Program-made: the position numbers and the translations under genes
NCBI GenBank assembly: GCA_002412545.1
Contig: DHVG01000002.1
Location: 130,095-194,094, forward strand
Direction: 5' to 3'
From: Elusimicrobia bacterium UBA5214
GTDB taxonomy: Bacteria > Elusimicrobiota > UBA5214
Length of the DNA stretch: 64,000 nt
The notes under the pieces: generated by a model
What the model saw: the letters and a program-made list of their open reading frames with translations, nothing else
Told to the model about the DNA's origin: nothing
Database searches by the model: none
Part shown: piece by piece, positions 1 through 10,947 of the stretch
How the letters are laid out: each line of letters starts with the position of its first letter
Position numbering within the stretch: position 1 is the stretch's first letter

Positions 1-541
1 CCCTGCGGATGCTTGGGGAATCTGGTTTGAATACCGCCAGAAACTATGGAAAAATTTGGAATTGTATTTTCGTCAATGGAATGACCGTAGAGAACGGTAT
101 TTTTATGACTCCAAGACACAAACTGGGACACAGGTTGCTCAATACCGTTATCGTTCCCGGTATCAGTTAACCTGGCAGAGAAAAGAAAACTTGCGTTTTC
201 GTATGCGTTATGAAACAAAAAAAGAAAGATATCCGGACTTAAACCAGAAGGATTGCGGTGAACTTTATTATTTTGATGTCCTTTCTCGGATTGTCCCTGG
301 ATTTAATTTGAATGCAAGATTAATACTTTTTGATGCAAGAGATATTTATTTAAGTGAAACTGAACCTTACTGGAATGATGTTTATTTGTCCCAACTTTTA
401 CCGAAGAAAAAAGGAGAAAGGTTTTATTTTCTTATTGAAAAGAAATTAACTAAAAATATCGCCTTCTGGATAAAATTTGAGCATATTTTAACTGAATCCA
501 GAGAACAAAGGATTAAATTCCAGTTTGATTTTTACCATTAA
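1..541 (+). CDS. C-terminal fragment of a putative outer-membrane beta-barrel protein. The frame is open back to the window edge.
   Basis: The reading frame has no stop from position 2 to 541. The C-terminus ends ...FQFDFYH, an aromatic-terminal beta-signal-like motif. No recognisable catalytic motifs. Confidence 0.35.
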   Translation, partial: PADAWGIWFEYRQKLWKNLELYFRQWNDRRERYFYDSKTQTGTQVAQYRYRSRYQLTWQRKENLRFRMRYETKKERYPDLNQKDCGELYYFDVLSRIVPGFNLNARLILFDARDIYLSETEPYWNDVYLSQLLPKKKGERFYFLIEKKLTKNIAFWIKFEHILTESREQRIKFQFDFYH

Positions 542-626
542 ATTGAGTATACTCTCTGTTAAAATATCAAATATCCAAAACAAAGTTCAAAATTTTGGAT
601 TTTGGTTGTTTGAATCAAATAAAAAG

Positions 627-1484
627 ATGCGGAAAATAAGAGTTGAAGAAATAAGCAAAACCGTAAGGAATTTAGCCTTAAAGGCCAATTATCGTATCCG
701 TCCCGATGTAGAGAAAGCATTAAGAAAGATTTACAAAAGGGAATCATCACCCTTATGTAAATGGGCAGTTGCACAAGTTTTGGAGAACCTGCGGATTGCG
801 GAAAGAGAACAAATACCGGTCTGTCAGGATACCGGTTTTGTGGTTATCTTTGTAGAATTAGGTGAAGAGGTAAAAATTGAAGGTAATCTTTATCAGGCAA
901 TTGAAAAAGGAGTAAGGCAAGCATATAAAGAAGGATATTTTCGTGATTCAGTAGTAACTGACCCGCTTCGCCAAACCAACGGACGAACGGACAAACGGTC
1001 TAACGCCAAACGGTTTTCCGAAATCCATCTTGAACTTGTCCCGGGTGACAAATTGAAAATCAATTTAATGCCAAAGGGTGCCGGGAGTGAAAATAACAGT
1101 GCTTATATAAACCTTCTGCCGGGTATTGGGGAAGAAGGGGTAAAAAAATTTGTCCTGGAAACAGTTGAAAAAGGCGCATATACTTCCTGTCCCCCGATAA
1201 TTGTGGGAGTCGGTATTGGCGGTAATTTTGAAACTTGCACATTGTTAGCGAAGAAAGCATTACTCCGTCCTTTAGGTTTACGACATCAAGATTCTTATTA
1301 TGCACAATTGGAAAAGGAAATCTTGAAGGAAATAAATGCTCTTGGTATCGGTGCACAAGGTTTTGGAGGAGGAATAACTGCATTTGATGTTTTTATTGAA
1401 ACTTATCCTTGCCATATCGCTTCCTTGCCGGTAGCAGTAAATTTACAATGTAATGCCTGCCGACATGAAGTAGCCCGGTTCTGA
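627..1484 (+). CDS. Class I (Fe-S) fumarate hydratase / tartrate dehydratase alpha subunit
   Basis: A CQDTG motif and a VVIFVELG...GNLYQAI block are typical of the Fe-S hydro-lyase tartrate/fumarate alpha region. The start is placed at ATG 627 (MRKIRVEE); the longer ORF begins at 525. Confidence 0.8.
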   Translation: MRKIRVEEISKTVRNLALKANYRIRPDVEKALRKIYKRESSPLCKWAVAQVLENLRIAEREQIPVCQDTGFVVIFVELGEEVKIEGNLYQAIEKGVRQAYKEGYFRDSVVTDPLRQTNGRTDKRSNAKRFSEIHLELVPGDKLKINLMPKGAGSENNSAYINLLPGIGEEGVKKFVLETVEKGAYTSCPPIIVGVGIGGNFETCTLLAKKALLRPLGLRHQDSYYAQLEKEILKEINALGIGAQGFGGGITAFDVFIETYPCHIASLPVAVNLQCNACRHEVARF

Positions 1485-1485
1485 A

Positions 1486-2052
1486 ATGAAAAGATTCTTT
1501 ATGCCTTTGGATGAAAAAATACTCTCTGAATTGGAAATCGGAGATAAGATTTTGTTAAACGGAGTAATTTATACGGCGAGGGATGCCGCCCATAAGAAAA
1601 TAGTTGATAGTTTAAAGTTAAAAGTTAAAGGTTCAAAAATGAAACTACCTTTTGAACTTAGAGGTGCCGTAATTTATTATTGCGGACCGACACCGGCGAA
1701 ACCTGGACAAGCGATTGGTTCGGCTGGTCCGACTACTTCTCTAAGGATGGATATTTATACACCAACTTTGTTAAAATATGGTTTAAAAGGAACAATTGGT
1801 AAAGGGAAAAGGTCTAAAGAAGTAGTGGAAGCAATGAAAAAAAATAAAGCGGTATATTTCGTTGCCGTCGGTGGTGCCGGTGCGTTTCTTTCCAAACGGA
1901 TAAAAAAAGCCGAAATAATTGCTTACCCCGAACTTGGTCCGGAAGCAATTTATCGTTTAGAAATAAAAGATTTTCCGGTAATTGTAGCTAACGATATTTA
2001 TGGTAATGATTTATTCTTAGAAGGGAGAAGGGAATATGCTCTTAGCGATTGA
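1486..2052 (+). CDS. Class I fumarate hydratase / tartrate dehydratase beta subunit
   Basis: It follows the alpha subunit with a 1-nt gap. GPTPAKPG and AVGGAGA motifs match the Fe-S hydro-lyase beta-type catalytic domain. Confidence 0.75.
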   Translation: MKRFFMPLDEKILSELEIGDKILLNGVIYTARDAAHKKIVDSLKLKVKGSKMKLPFELRGAVIYYCGPTPAKPGQAIGSAGPTTSLRMDIYTPTLLKYGLKGTIGKGKRSKEVVEAMKKNKAVYFVAVGGAGAFLSKRIKKAEIIAYPELGPEAIYRLEIKDFPVIVANDIYGNDLFLEGRREYALSD

Positions 2053-2857
2053 TATTGGGAATACGAATATTTGTCTTGGCGTATTCAAGGGTAAGAAATT
2101 ATTATATTCCTGGCGTTTGGCAACTAATAAAGAAATTACCGGTGATGAATACGGATTAAAAATTTTGTCTTTATTGAATAAGGTTAATCTACGAACGGAA
2201 AAGATTAAAGATGTGATAATTTCCAATGTCGTTCCACCGCTTACTGGAGCATTTAATGAAATTAGTCAAGAATATTTTCATCGTCAGCCACTGACGGTTA
2301 CGGTAAAAATGAAGACCGGTTTAAAAATTTGTTACTCTAATCCGGAGGAAATCGGTGCGGATAGGATTGTGGACGCAGTTGCTGGCTACCATCTTTTTGG
2401 TGCCCCTTTAATTATTGTTGATTTTGGCACCGCAACAACTTTTGACTGTATTGGTAAGATGGGGACTCACCTCGGGGGAGTATATATTGGTGGAATGATT
2501 GCACCGGGAATAAATATCTCTGCGGAAGCATTATATACACATACAGCGAAATTACCCCGTGTAGAAATCATTAAACCAGAAAGAATTATCGGTAAAAATA
2601 CAGTAGAAAGTATGCAAGCAGGAATATTTTATGGATATATCGGATTAGTTGAATATCTTATTCAGTGTTGCAAGAAAGAACTTATTCATTTGCAATTAGC
2701 TAAATCAATTGATAAAATAAACGTTATTGCTACTGGTGGATTAGCAGAACTAATTGCTAACGAGACTAAAACAATTGAAAAGGTAGTTCCTGAACTTACT
2801 TTGGAAGGATTACGGATAATTTGGGAACTTAATAAAAACGCGAATAAAGGGAGGTAA
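2036..2857 (+). CDS. coaX: Type III pantothenate kinase
   Basis: N-terminal LLAIDIGNTNICLGVF, DRIVDAVAGY and IIVDFGTATTFD are acetate/sugar-kinase fold motifs typical of CoaX. Confidence 0.88.
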   Translation: MLLAIDIGNTNICLGVFKGKKLLYSWRLATNKEITGDEYGLKILSLLNKVNLRTEKIKDVIISNVVPPLTGAFNEISQEYFHRQPLTVTVKMKTGLKICYSNPEEIGADRIVDAVAGYHLFGAPLIIVDFGTATTFDCIGKMGTHLGGVYIGGMIAPGINISAEALYTHTAKLPRVEIIKPERIIGKNTVESMQAGIFYGYIGLVEYLIQCCKKELIHLQLAKSIDKINVIATGGLAELIANETKTIEKVVPELTLEGLRIIWELNKNANKGR

Positions 2858-2863
2858 AAAGCG

Positions 2864-3634
2864 GTGAAGAAAGAGAAATTGATATTAGGATTTGTTTGGT
2901 TTTTAATTTTTTTTGTTAGTTTATTTTCAGTAAGAATAGTTTATGCACAATTTGGTGATTTATGGGGAGAGCTGAAAACAGAAATTGAAGGTAAAAGTGA
3001 AGAAATTGTTAAAACCGAATACCTTGAACCTTTAGCGAAAGATGTCGGGAGTATTATTGGTGGGGGTTCTTTTCATACGGGTAAATCCTGTGGTTTTCCG
3101 GGATTTGACATTGGTGGACATTTACCAATGATTAGTAAACCAAGTAAAGAGAATAAAATCCTACCGGCAGAACAGATGTATGGTCTACCTTGGGTTCAAG
3201 CAGAAATTGCTCTTCCTGTACCTTCGTATGATTTAATTTTGAGAGGTTTTTATCTTGGTGAATCTGGAGGAGGGATTTTTGGTATCGGGGTTAGATATTC
3301 TTTACTTTCGGGTGTGGTTCCACTAACTCCAGCGGTCTCACTTTCAGTTTTAGCTAATCAGTTGAAACATGAAAAACTTAATGTTTATAATTTTACTCTC
3401 AACAGTGTAGTTTCTATCGGTTTACCGGCAATTACCCCTTATCTTGGGTTAGGTATTGATAGTACTACGGTACAGGAAAGAGTTTTACCGGAACATTTGG
3501 AAGCAACTGCTTCTGGTTGGCGTTTAATTGGAGGAGTAAATTTGAAACTTGTACCAACGACTTATCTCCACATTGGTATCGGTTCCTATAACGGTATTTT
3601 TGGTGGTGAGGTAGGCGTAGGAATAAACTTTTAG
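2864..3634 (+). CDS. Glycine-rich secreted or outer-membrane protein, hypothetical
   Basis: GTG start with a signal-peptide-like N-terminus (LILGFVWFLIFFVSLFSV), Gly-rich repeats and a C-terminal ...GVGINF aromatic end. Confidence 0.4.
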   Translation: MKKEKLILGFVWFLIFFVSLFSVRIVYAQFGDLWGELKTEIEGKSEEIVKTEYLEPLAKDVGSIIGGGSFHTGKSCGFPGFDIGGHLPMISKPSKENKILPAEQMYGLPWVQAEIALPVPSYDLILRGFYLGESGGGIFGIGVRYSLLSGVVPLTPAVSLSVLANQLKHEKLNVYNFTLNSVVSIGLPAITPYLGLGIDSTTVQERVLPEHLEATASGWRLIGGVNLKLVPTTYLHIGIGSYNGIFGGEVGVGINF

Positions 3635-3768
3635 TTGAGACGATTCAGACAGATAAGGGATTGATTCAAACAGATGTAAAAATGATTCAAATAGATTTTT
3701 ATCCGTTTGAATCCGAGTCGTTATCTTGTTTGAGTTGTCCCATTTATCTGTTTGCATCGTGAATCTAT

Positions 3769-6700
3769 ATGAGAATTGGTGTTGATATTGGCTCAATAAA
3801 TACAAAAATTGTTCTTCTTGACCAAGAAGATAAAATTATCTGGAAAAGTATCCTTAAACACGAAGGACAACCTTTAGAAATTGTAACTTCTTTTGTAGAA
3901 GAACTTTCTAACCAATTTGTTAGTCAAGATAATCAATTGTCTCTCAGCTTTACTGGTTCAGGAGGTGAATTTTTTGCTCGTCTTTTAGATACAGAATATG
4001 TAAACGAAATTATCGCTCAGACAAAGGCAAGGGAATTTTTATATCCGCAAGTGAAAACGATTATAGAAATCGGGGGAATGAGCACGAAAGTTATATTTTT
4101 TACCGGTGATGGTAAAAATGGGAACATAAATGATTTCGGTATGAATAGTATCTGTGCGGCAGGGACGGGTTCATTTCTTGACCAGCAAGCCAGACGGTTA
4201 GGTCTATCAATTGACGAATTTGGACAGAGAGCGGTGAAAGCAAAAAATATCTCTCGTCTTGCTGGTCGTTGCAGTGTTTTCGCAAAAACGGATATGATTC
4301 ATTTACAGCAAATGGCGACACCGGCAGAAGAAATTGTTGCTGGGTTATGTTTCGCTTTGGTGCGTAATTTCCAAGGAACAATTTTACGGGGGAGGAAAAT
4401 TGAAAAACCAATCCTTTTTCATGGTGGAGTAGCCGCAAATCCAGGGATAATCCGGGCTTTAAGAGAAATATTTGAATTAGATGATACCGCTTTAATTATT
4501 CCTGAATTATATTCTTATTTTAATGCTTTTGGGGCAACATTTTCTAAAAGTAAAGCAAAGAAAACTAATTTAACCGTGCTATTGGAAAAATTAAGGAATT
4601 CGCAAGTTGTCTTTAGACGGAAGACACTCCCACCTCTTAGCTCGGGTATTTTTGCGGACAATTTAAAAAAGACAGATAATAATCTTTTAAATTTTTCTAA
4701 TTTATCAGAAGAGATTAACGCTTACTTAGGTGTTGATGTCGGTTCAATCAGTACAAATTTAGTGGTAATTGATGAACAAAAGAACCTTTTAGCAAAACGG
4801 TATCTCTGGACTGCCGGTCGTCCCTTAGAAGCAATCCAAAAAGGTTTAAGTGAAATAGATAACGAAGTTGGGAAAAAAGTAAAAATTTGTGGTGTCTGCA
4901 CTACTGGTTCAGGTCGCTATCTTACGGCTGATTTTCTCGGTGCGGATATTGTAAGAAACGAGATTACTGCTCAGGCAACTGCAGCTAAAGAAATTGACCC
5001 GCAAGTTGATACAATATTTGAAATTGGTGGACAAGATTCAAAATTTATCACTCTTAAAAATGGTGTGATTACTGATTTCCAAATGAATAAAGTCTGTGCT
5101 GCCGGAACGGGTTCATTTCTTGAAGAACAAGCGGAACGGTTAGGGATGGAAATTGAGCAGGAATTTTCTCAATTAGCTTTAGCCGCGGATTCACCGGCAC
5201 GTCTCGGTGAGCGGTGTACAGTATTTATGGAAGAAGATTTAGTTAATCAGCAACAACAGGGAGTAAAAAAAGAAGATTTAGTTGCTGGACTTTGTTATTC
5301 CATAGTAGAGAACTATTTGAATCGTGTAGTTAGTGAAAAAAAGATTGGTAAAAATATATTTTTCCAGGGTGGTGTTGCTTTCAACCATGGTGTAGTGGAA
5401 GCATTTAAAAAAGTGCTTAAGGAAAGAGTTGGTGAGTGTAAATTTACTGTTCCTGAGCATCACGAAGTTACCGGTGCACTTGGTTGTGCCTTGATTGCTT
5501 TAGAAAATGCGTGTAGTTCAACTGCCGGGCATTGTTTTTCCACTAACTTTAAAGGTTTTGATTTAGCAAAAAGAAAATACGAACTGAAGAGTTTTGTCTG
5601 TCCGGACTGTGCTAATCATTGTGAAATAAAAGAAGTTGTTGTTGAAGGCGAGAAATCTTTATTTTATGGTTCAAGATGCGAAAAATATGAAATTAACCGT
5701 TTTAAAGTGAAAAGAAATATTCCTGACCTTTTTGCTGAACGAGAGAAACTTTTACTTAGCACTTACCATTCACCACTTACCACTTACCACTCACCAATTC
5801 GTATCGGTATTCCCCGCTTTTTTACTTTTTATGAATTTTACCCTTTTTTTAATTGTTTCTTTTCTGAATTAGGTCTGCAAGTAGTTCTTTCTGATTCAAC
5901 CAACCGCAAGATTATTAATCAAGGTTTAGAGAATGTACCGGTAGAATCATGTTTTCCCCATAAGGTAAGTCATGGACATATTTTGAATTTATTAGATAAA
6001 AATGTTGATTATTTATTTCTACCGAGTGTGATTAATTTTCCAGCAATTCAGAAAAGTATTAATAACAGTTTTACTTGTCCTTATGTGCAGACTTTACCTT
6101 ATGTGCTTAAAGTAAGTTTAGAAGAAAAAATAAAAGAAAAAAAGGTAAAAATTCTTCAGCCGATACTGTATTTCAGGGAAGAAAAGTTATTGTTTGAAGC
6201 AATGAAAAGGATAGCCCAACAATTGGGTTTTAAGGGAAAGAAAATAAAAAAAGCTTTCCTCCGGGGACTGGAAATACAAAATACTTTTTCTCAGCAATTG
6301 AAAGAACGCGGTAGAGAAATATTAGAACAATTGTCAGAAAATGAAAAAATTTTCGTTATTGTAGGTCGTTCATACAATAGTTATGATCGGGGGATGAATT
6401 TAGAAATAGTAAAAAAAATAAATAATCTCGGGATACTTACTTTACCGCTTGATTTTCTCCCTTTAGACAATGTGGATATTTCCGAAGAATTCCCGAATAT
6501 GTACTGGCTTTTTGGACAAAGGTTTTTAGCGGCAGCGGAAATAATTAAAAAAGATAGACGTCTCTATCCTCTTTATTTAACAAATTTTGCCTGCGGTCCG
6601 GATTCTTTTATTCTTAAATATTTTAGAGAAAAAATTTTACCTAAACCTTTCTTGGAAATTGAAATTGATGAACATAGTTCCGATGTAGGAATTATTACCC

Positions 6701-8064
6701 GTTTAGAAGCTTTTCTTGACAGTATTAGTGATTCCAAATTCCAAATTCTCCATCCTCCGTCCCCCCTGCTTCGCTTTGCGAAGCAAAGCGGGAGGGACTG
6801 CGGAGGACGGGCAAATTTCAAATCTCAGATTTCTATGGCTACCAGTTTTCACTTTACTCCTTCCACCTTACACCGTAATTGTACTCTTTACATTCCTAAT
6901 ATGTGTGACCATGCGCATATTTTAGCAGCGGCATTTCAGGCATTCGGAGTAGATGCAGATGTCCTTCCGGAATCCGACGAAGAAAGTATCTGCTGGGGTA
7001 AGAAATATACTCTCGGCAAAGAGTGCTATCCTTGTATTCTCACTACCGGAGATATGGTGAAAATTATCAAAAGTAAAGATTTTAATCCAAAAAAAATAGC
7101 ATTTTTTATGCCTTCCGGATGTGGTCCTTGTCGTTTTGGACAATACAATTATCGTCAACGATTAGTATTGAAAGAGTTGGGTTATCCGGAAATACCCATA
7201 TATGCTCCTAACCAAGATGAGAATATTTTTCGTGACTTAGGTATTGTTGGTGGCAACGGTTTTGTGCGTTTAGCTTGGCAGGGAATAGTCGCTGGAGATA
7301 TTCTCTTCAAAACTCTTTGTAAATTTCGTCCCTATGAGATAAACCGAGGAGAAAGCGATAAAATATATCAAGAATCTTTGCGGGGAATATATCAGGTAGT
7401 CAAAGAAAAAGGAGACCTCTTAGGGGTAATGAAAAAAATAAACAAACAATTTCAAAATATTCCCCTTGACCGTAAAAAGAAAAAACCTAAGATTGGTATT
7501 GTTGGAGAAATATATATCCGTTCAAATCGTTTTAGTAACTACAACTTAATCCGCACTTTGGAAGATTTGGGTGCGGAAGTTTATCTGACGCCAACTACTG
7601 AATGGTTATATTATGTCAATTATCTCAACCAGCGGCGTTCCTGGGGAAAGAAAAGTTATTTAGAATTTCTCTCTTTCTGGATTAAGGAAAAATATCAGAA
7701 GTCCGATGCCCATAGTTTGGAATGTTGTTTTGCTGATATTCTCTCTAATGGTAAGGAACCTTCAACTAAAGAAATACTGAATTATGCGAGTCCTTACCTT
7801 CATCCTTCTTATGAAGGGGAAGCAATCTTGAGTATTGGTAAAAGTATTGAATTTTTGAAAAACGGGCTTAAAGGAATAATCAATGTATTACCTTTTACTT
7901 GTATGCCTGGCACGATAGCTACGGCAATCTTGAAAAAAGTTAGACAGGATTATACTGGTTTTCCTTGTTTAAGTATTATTTACGATGCCCAGGACGACCC
8001 TTTTCTGAAGACCAAATTGGAAGCATTTATTTATCAAGCTCAAGGATACGGAAGTCGGGAATGA
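3769..8064 (+). CDS. Giant fusion of two BadF/BadG/BcrA/BcrD (HgdC-type) ATPase domains with a 2-hydroxyacyl-CoA dehydratase D-component-like domain (CoA-substrate-specific enzyme activase family)
   Basis: Two repeats of the VDIGS..T.. / CAAGTGSF / GGVA.N activase ATPase signature at about aa 1-260 and 320-570. A Cys cluster (CPDCANHC) is followed by an HgdB/DUF2229-like region. The gene carries two in-frame repeat insertions (5761-5800, 6757-6810). Confidence 0.8.
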   Translation: MRIGVDIGSINTKIVLLDQEDKIIWKSILKHEGQPLEIVTSFVEELSNQFVSQDNQLSLSFTGSGGEFFARLLDTEYVNEIIAQTKAREFLYPQVKTIIEIGGMSTKVIFFTGDGKNGNINDFGMNSICAAGTGSFLDQQARRLGLSIDEFGQRAVKAKNISRLAGRCSVFAKTDMIHLQQMATPAEEIVAGLCFALVRNFQGTILRGRKIEKPILFHGGVAANPGIIRALREIFELDDTALIIPELYSYFNAFGATFSKSKAKKTNLTVLLEKLRNSQVVFRRKTLPPLSSGIFADNLKKTDNNLLNFSNLSEEINAYLGVDVGSISTNLVVIDEQKNLLAKRYLWTAGRPLEAIQKGLSEIDNEVGKKVKICGVCTTGSGRYLTADFLGADIVRNEITAQATAAKEIDPQVDTIFEIGGQDSKFITLKNGVITDFQMNKVCAAGTGSFLEEQAERLGMEIEQEFSQLALAADSPARLGERCTVFMEEDLVNQQQQGVKKEDLVAGLCYSIVENYLNRVVSEKKIGKNIFFQGGVAFNHGVVEAFKKVLKERVGECKFTVPEHHEVTGALGCALIALENACSSTAGHCFSTNFKGFDLAKRKYELKSFVCPDCANHCEIKEVVVEGEKSLFYGSRCEKYEINRFKVKRNIPDLFAEREKLLLSTYHSPLTTYHSPIRIGIPRFFTFYEFYPFFNCFFSELGLQVVLSDSTNRKIINQGLENVPVESCFPHKVSHGHILNLLDKNVDYLFLPSVINFPAIQKSINNSFTCPYVQTLPYVLKVSLEEKIKEKKVKILQPILYFREEKLLFEAMKRIAQQLGFKGKKIKKAFLRGLEIQNTFSQQLKERGREILEQLSENEKIFVIVGRSYNSYDRGMNLEIVKKINNLGILTLPLDFLPLDNVDISEEFPNMYWLFGQRFLAAAEIIKKDRRLYPLYLTNFACGPDSFILKYFREKILPKPFLEIEIDEHSSDVGIITRLEAFLDSISDSKFQILHPPSPLLRFAKQSGRDCGGRANFKSQISMATSFHFTPSTLHRNCTLYIPNMCDHAHILAAAFQAFGVDADVLPESDEESICWGKKYTLGKECYPCILTTGDMVKIIKSKDFNPKKIAFFMPSGCGPCRFGQYNYRQRLVLKELGYPEIPIYAPNQDENIFRDLGIVGGNGFVRLAWQGIVAGDILFKTLCKFRPYEINRGESDKIYQESLRGIYQVVKEKGDLLGVMKKINKQFQNIPLDRKKKKPKIGIVGEIYIRSNRFSNYNLIRTLEDLGAEVYLTPTTEWLYYVNYLNQRRSWGKKSYLEFLSFWIKEKYQKSDAHSLECCFADILSNGKEPSTKEILNYASPYLHPSYEGEAILSIGKSIEFLKNGLKGIINVLPFTCMPGTIATAILKKVRQDYTGFPCLSIIYDAQDDPFLKTKLEAFIYQAQGYGSRE
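5761..5800. repeat. In-frame tandem repeat (CACTTACCA family) inside the BadF-fusion gene
   Basis: acttaccattcaccacttaccacttaccactcaccaattcg encodes STYHSPLTTYHSPI. Confidence 0.85.
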
Positions 8065-8147
8065 GTGCGGGATTATGAACCGACTTGCTCGGTAGCTCCT
8101 GCCTGTACCACTGACCTATAGGGAAGAAAAAATTTTTTTCTGCTGGT

Positions 8148-8176
8148 CTTGACAAAAAATTTTAATTATGCTAAAA
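8148..8176 (+). promoter_or_regulatory. Sigma70-type promoter of groES (TTGACA-17-TAAAAT)
   Basis: TTGACA at 8148-8153 and TAAAAT at 8171-8176, preceded by an A/T UP-like tract (aaaaaatttttttct). Confidence 0.6.
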
Positions 8177-8202
8177 TTAGCACTCTCAAATTAAGAGTGC
8201 TA
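8176..8202 (+). promoter_or_regulatory. CIRCE element (HrcA operator)
   Basis: TTAGCACTC-N9-GAGTGCTAA is a perfect match to the CIRCE consensus, overlapping the -10/+1 region upstream of groES. Confidence 0.9.
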
Positions 8203-8281
8203 ATTTTTAGCGAATCCTTTTCTATCTTTCGGCGTCTAAATAAATAAGTATAAAAAAATGAAGAAAGGAGAGTGATGAAAA

Positions 8282-8569
8282 ATGAAAATTAAACCATTAG
8301 GCGACCGGGTAATTGTTAAACCAAAAGAAGTAACCGAAGAAAAAAGAGGTGGAATAATTATTCCCGATACCGCAAAAGAAAAACCACAAGAAGGCGAAGT
8401 AATTGCCGTCGGTCCGGGTAAAGTTACTGAGGATGGTAAACCAATCAAAATGGAAGTAAAAGTTGGCGACCGGATTCTCTATGGGAAGTATTCAGGTACA
8501 GAAATAAAAATTGATGATGTTGAACACTTAATTATGCACCAAGATGATATTCTTGGTATAATAGAATGA
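8282..8569 (+). CDS. groES: Co-chaperonin GroES
   Basis: [13 protein letters not shown]...[24 protein letters not shown] is canonical GroES. Confidence 0.95.
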   Translation: MKIKPLGDRVIVKPKEVTEEKRGGIIIPDTAKEKPQEGEVIAVGPGKVTEDGKPIKMEVKVGDRILYGKYSGTEIKIDDVEHLIMHQDDILGIIE

Positions 8570-8689
8570 TTACGGTGATTATAGAGGGCGATTACAGAGA
8601 TTTTTCGGGTATAACGAATTGGTTTAATCACTGTAATCAGTCTTAAGAAATCGCTGTAATCAATAATTTAGAAGTAAATGGAGGTGTAA

Positions 8690-10318
<1,629 letters not shown>

Positions 10319-10372
10319 GAAATAGTTGATAGTTATTAGTGTATAGTTAATAGTTAAAACGGTTTAACACAG

Positions 10373-10402
10373 AAAGGCGACTTTTTTGAGTCGCCTTTTT
10401 TG
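10373..10402 (+). terminator. Rho-independent terminator after groEL
   Basis: aggcgac-tttttt-gagtcgcc stem-loop followed by a T-run. Confidence 0.7.
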
Positions 10403-10608
10403 TTTGCCCCGTTAGAAATTCTGATAAATTAAGCTCAGTGCGAAGAAGTCTCGGCAATATCAAAATGCTCACGAAATTTCTAACGGGGTTTGCAAGAAAC
10501 AACTTGTTCTATTACCTCCCACCGCTAAAGCGGGATCTCCGAGAAGTCAACAAAATTTTTTAGAAAGCCCCTTTGACCCGTAAAATAAAAAATTTTTTTC
10601 TACAGGTC

Positions 10609-10637
10609 TTGACAAAAAAAATATAATTTTGTAAAAT
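10609..10637 (+). promoter_or_regulatory. Sigma70-type promoter (TTGACA-17-TAAAAT) sharing an upstream element with the groES promoter
   Basis: TTGACA 10609-10614 and TAAAAT 10632-10637. The upstream aaaaaatttttttctacaggtc tract is nearly identical to 8124-8147. Confidence 0.55.
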
Positions 10638-10947
10638 CCAAAAAATTGACAGATGAGCAGTTTTTATTTTAATTTCTGGGCGTTTTGATGGATGATGAGA
10701 AACTCTCTTTCTCTCTCGTAGTATTTTGTCTTAATCAGCACGAATTTATACGAATTCAATCACGAATTTTTACGAATAATGTAGTTGCCGAGTTTGCTCG
10801 GCAGATGTTTTTAAACCGAACTTGTCCTGAATCGTATGGTTCAGGATTTGTTCTCCCCGATGGTCATCGGGAAGAATAGTTCGGTTTTTTTATTTTTCAA
10901 AGGAAGAAGTATTCCAAAAAAAAATTTTTTAAGGGGGTGTAAAAAAA

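Noticed and set aside
559-774. Antisense ORFs inside well-supported genes (for example 559-774, 1060-1383, 4100-4438, 9573-10011, 20628-21227, 28046-28573, 41093-41981, 57008-57583, 60093-60536, 62873-63166)
   Set aside because: Each overlaps on the opposite strand a gene with clear family motifs. They have low-complexity or repeat-derived sequence and no RBS, so they are typical spurious ORFs.
10685-10947. A 64-aa ORF and the extended 10836 start of the downstream gene
   Set aside because: The region holds the promoter and UP tract and acgaat-type repeats. The strong RBS (aaggggg) precedes ATG 10948, which begins a signal-anchor, so the upstream extension is unlikely to be translated.
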